A stretch of DNA of 64,000 nt, from NCBI RefSeq assembly GCF_006345805.1, contig NC_043007.1, positions 23,312,001-23,376,000 on the forward strand, given 5' to 3'. Numbering within the stretch: position 1 is the stretch's first letter; each line of letters starts with the position of its first letter. The notes below the pieces were generated by a model that had not been told where the DNA came from, did no database searches, and was given only the letters and a program-made list of their open reading frames with translations. Position numbers and translations under genes: made by a program. The DNA comes from Octopus sinensis. Its lineage: Eukaryota. This document shows, piece after piece, positions 63,485 through 64,000 of this stretch.

Positions 63485-64000
63485 AATAAAAAACATAAAT
63501 TTTTTTTTAAATTACGAGAACAAACAAAAAGACATACCTGTAATTAATTCAAACCCATTTGTTTTCTACGTTCAGATAGATACGTGTACGTTCTAAAATT
63601 ACCTTTCACTACAACATACACACTTATCTTCATTCACATATTTTATTAATTATGAAATTTTTACTGACGCAAATCACCACCAGTTCACTAGTTGCCAGGA
63701 ACTCTAGTTTGTGTGGTTTTGTTTTGTTTTTTTCTTCCGTATATTATGTATTTGTGCTCGAGTGTGCGTGTGCAAGTGTGTGCATGTACGTATGCATCTG
63801 CGTGCGAAAGTGAATTGTTTTTTTTTCTCTCGTGATGTTACAGTTGGTAATGAAATGACTTCGTAATAACCTTAAACGTTGGAGTTCTTAGACTGATTAA
63901 ACACACATGGTTTAAGGTTTATATATACGTAAACACTATGCTATACACGTATCTGTTTAAATAAATACACCGTGGGCATGACTCTGTGTAGTTAAGAGGC

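Overview
AT-rich, repeat-dominated eukaryotic DNA. The SINE heads and bodies and the extreme microsatellite load suggest a coleoid cephalopod, most likely Octopus; this is inferred from remembered repeat families, not a database search. No intact protein-coding gene is recognisable, and nearly all ORFs in the track are microsatellite or SINE read-through artefacts. The window holds several tRNA-derived SINE families, labelled here A, B, C, E and F. It also holds decayed non-LTR retrotransposons of four lineages: CR1-group, Tx1/L1, R4/Dong and HERO-like. DNA-transposon MITEs (mariner, pogo, hAT), Helitron/Helentron-type non-autonomous elements, and several long fold-back palindromes are present too. 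The main points of interest are three. (1) Minimal type I hammerhead ribozyme motifs sit in short cassettes embedded in (TA)n tracts. (2) The SINEs are modular: one core carries different 3' tails, and two of those tails match LINE 3' ends present in this window (Tx1 and CR1, the latter with a covarying stem-loop). (3) SINE multimers recur with the same junction, and there are palindromes of about 200-430 bp seeded at (TA)n. A few unexplained exon-like islands are flagged at low confidence.
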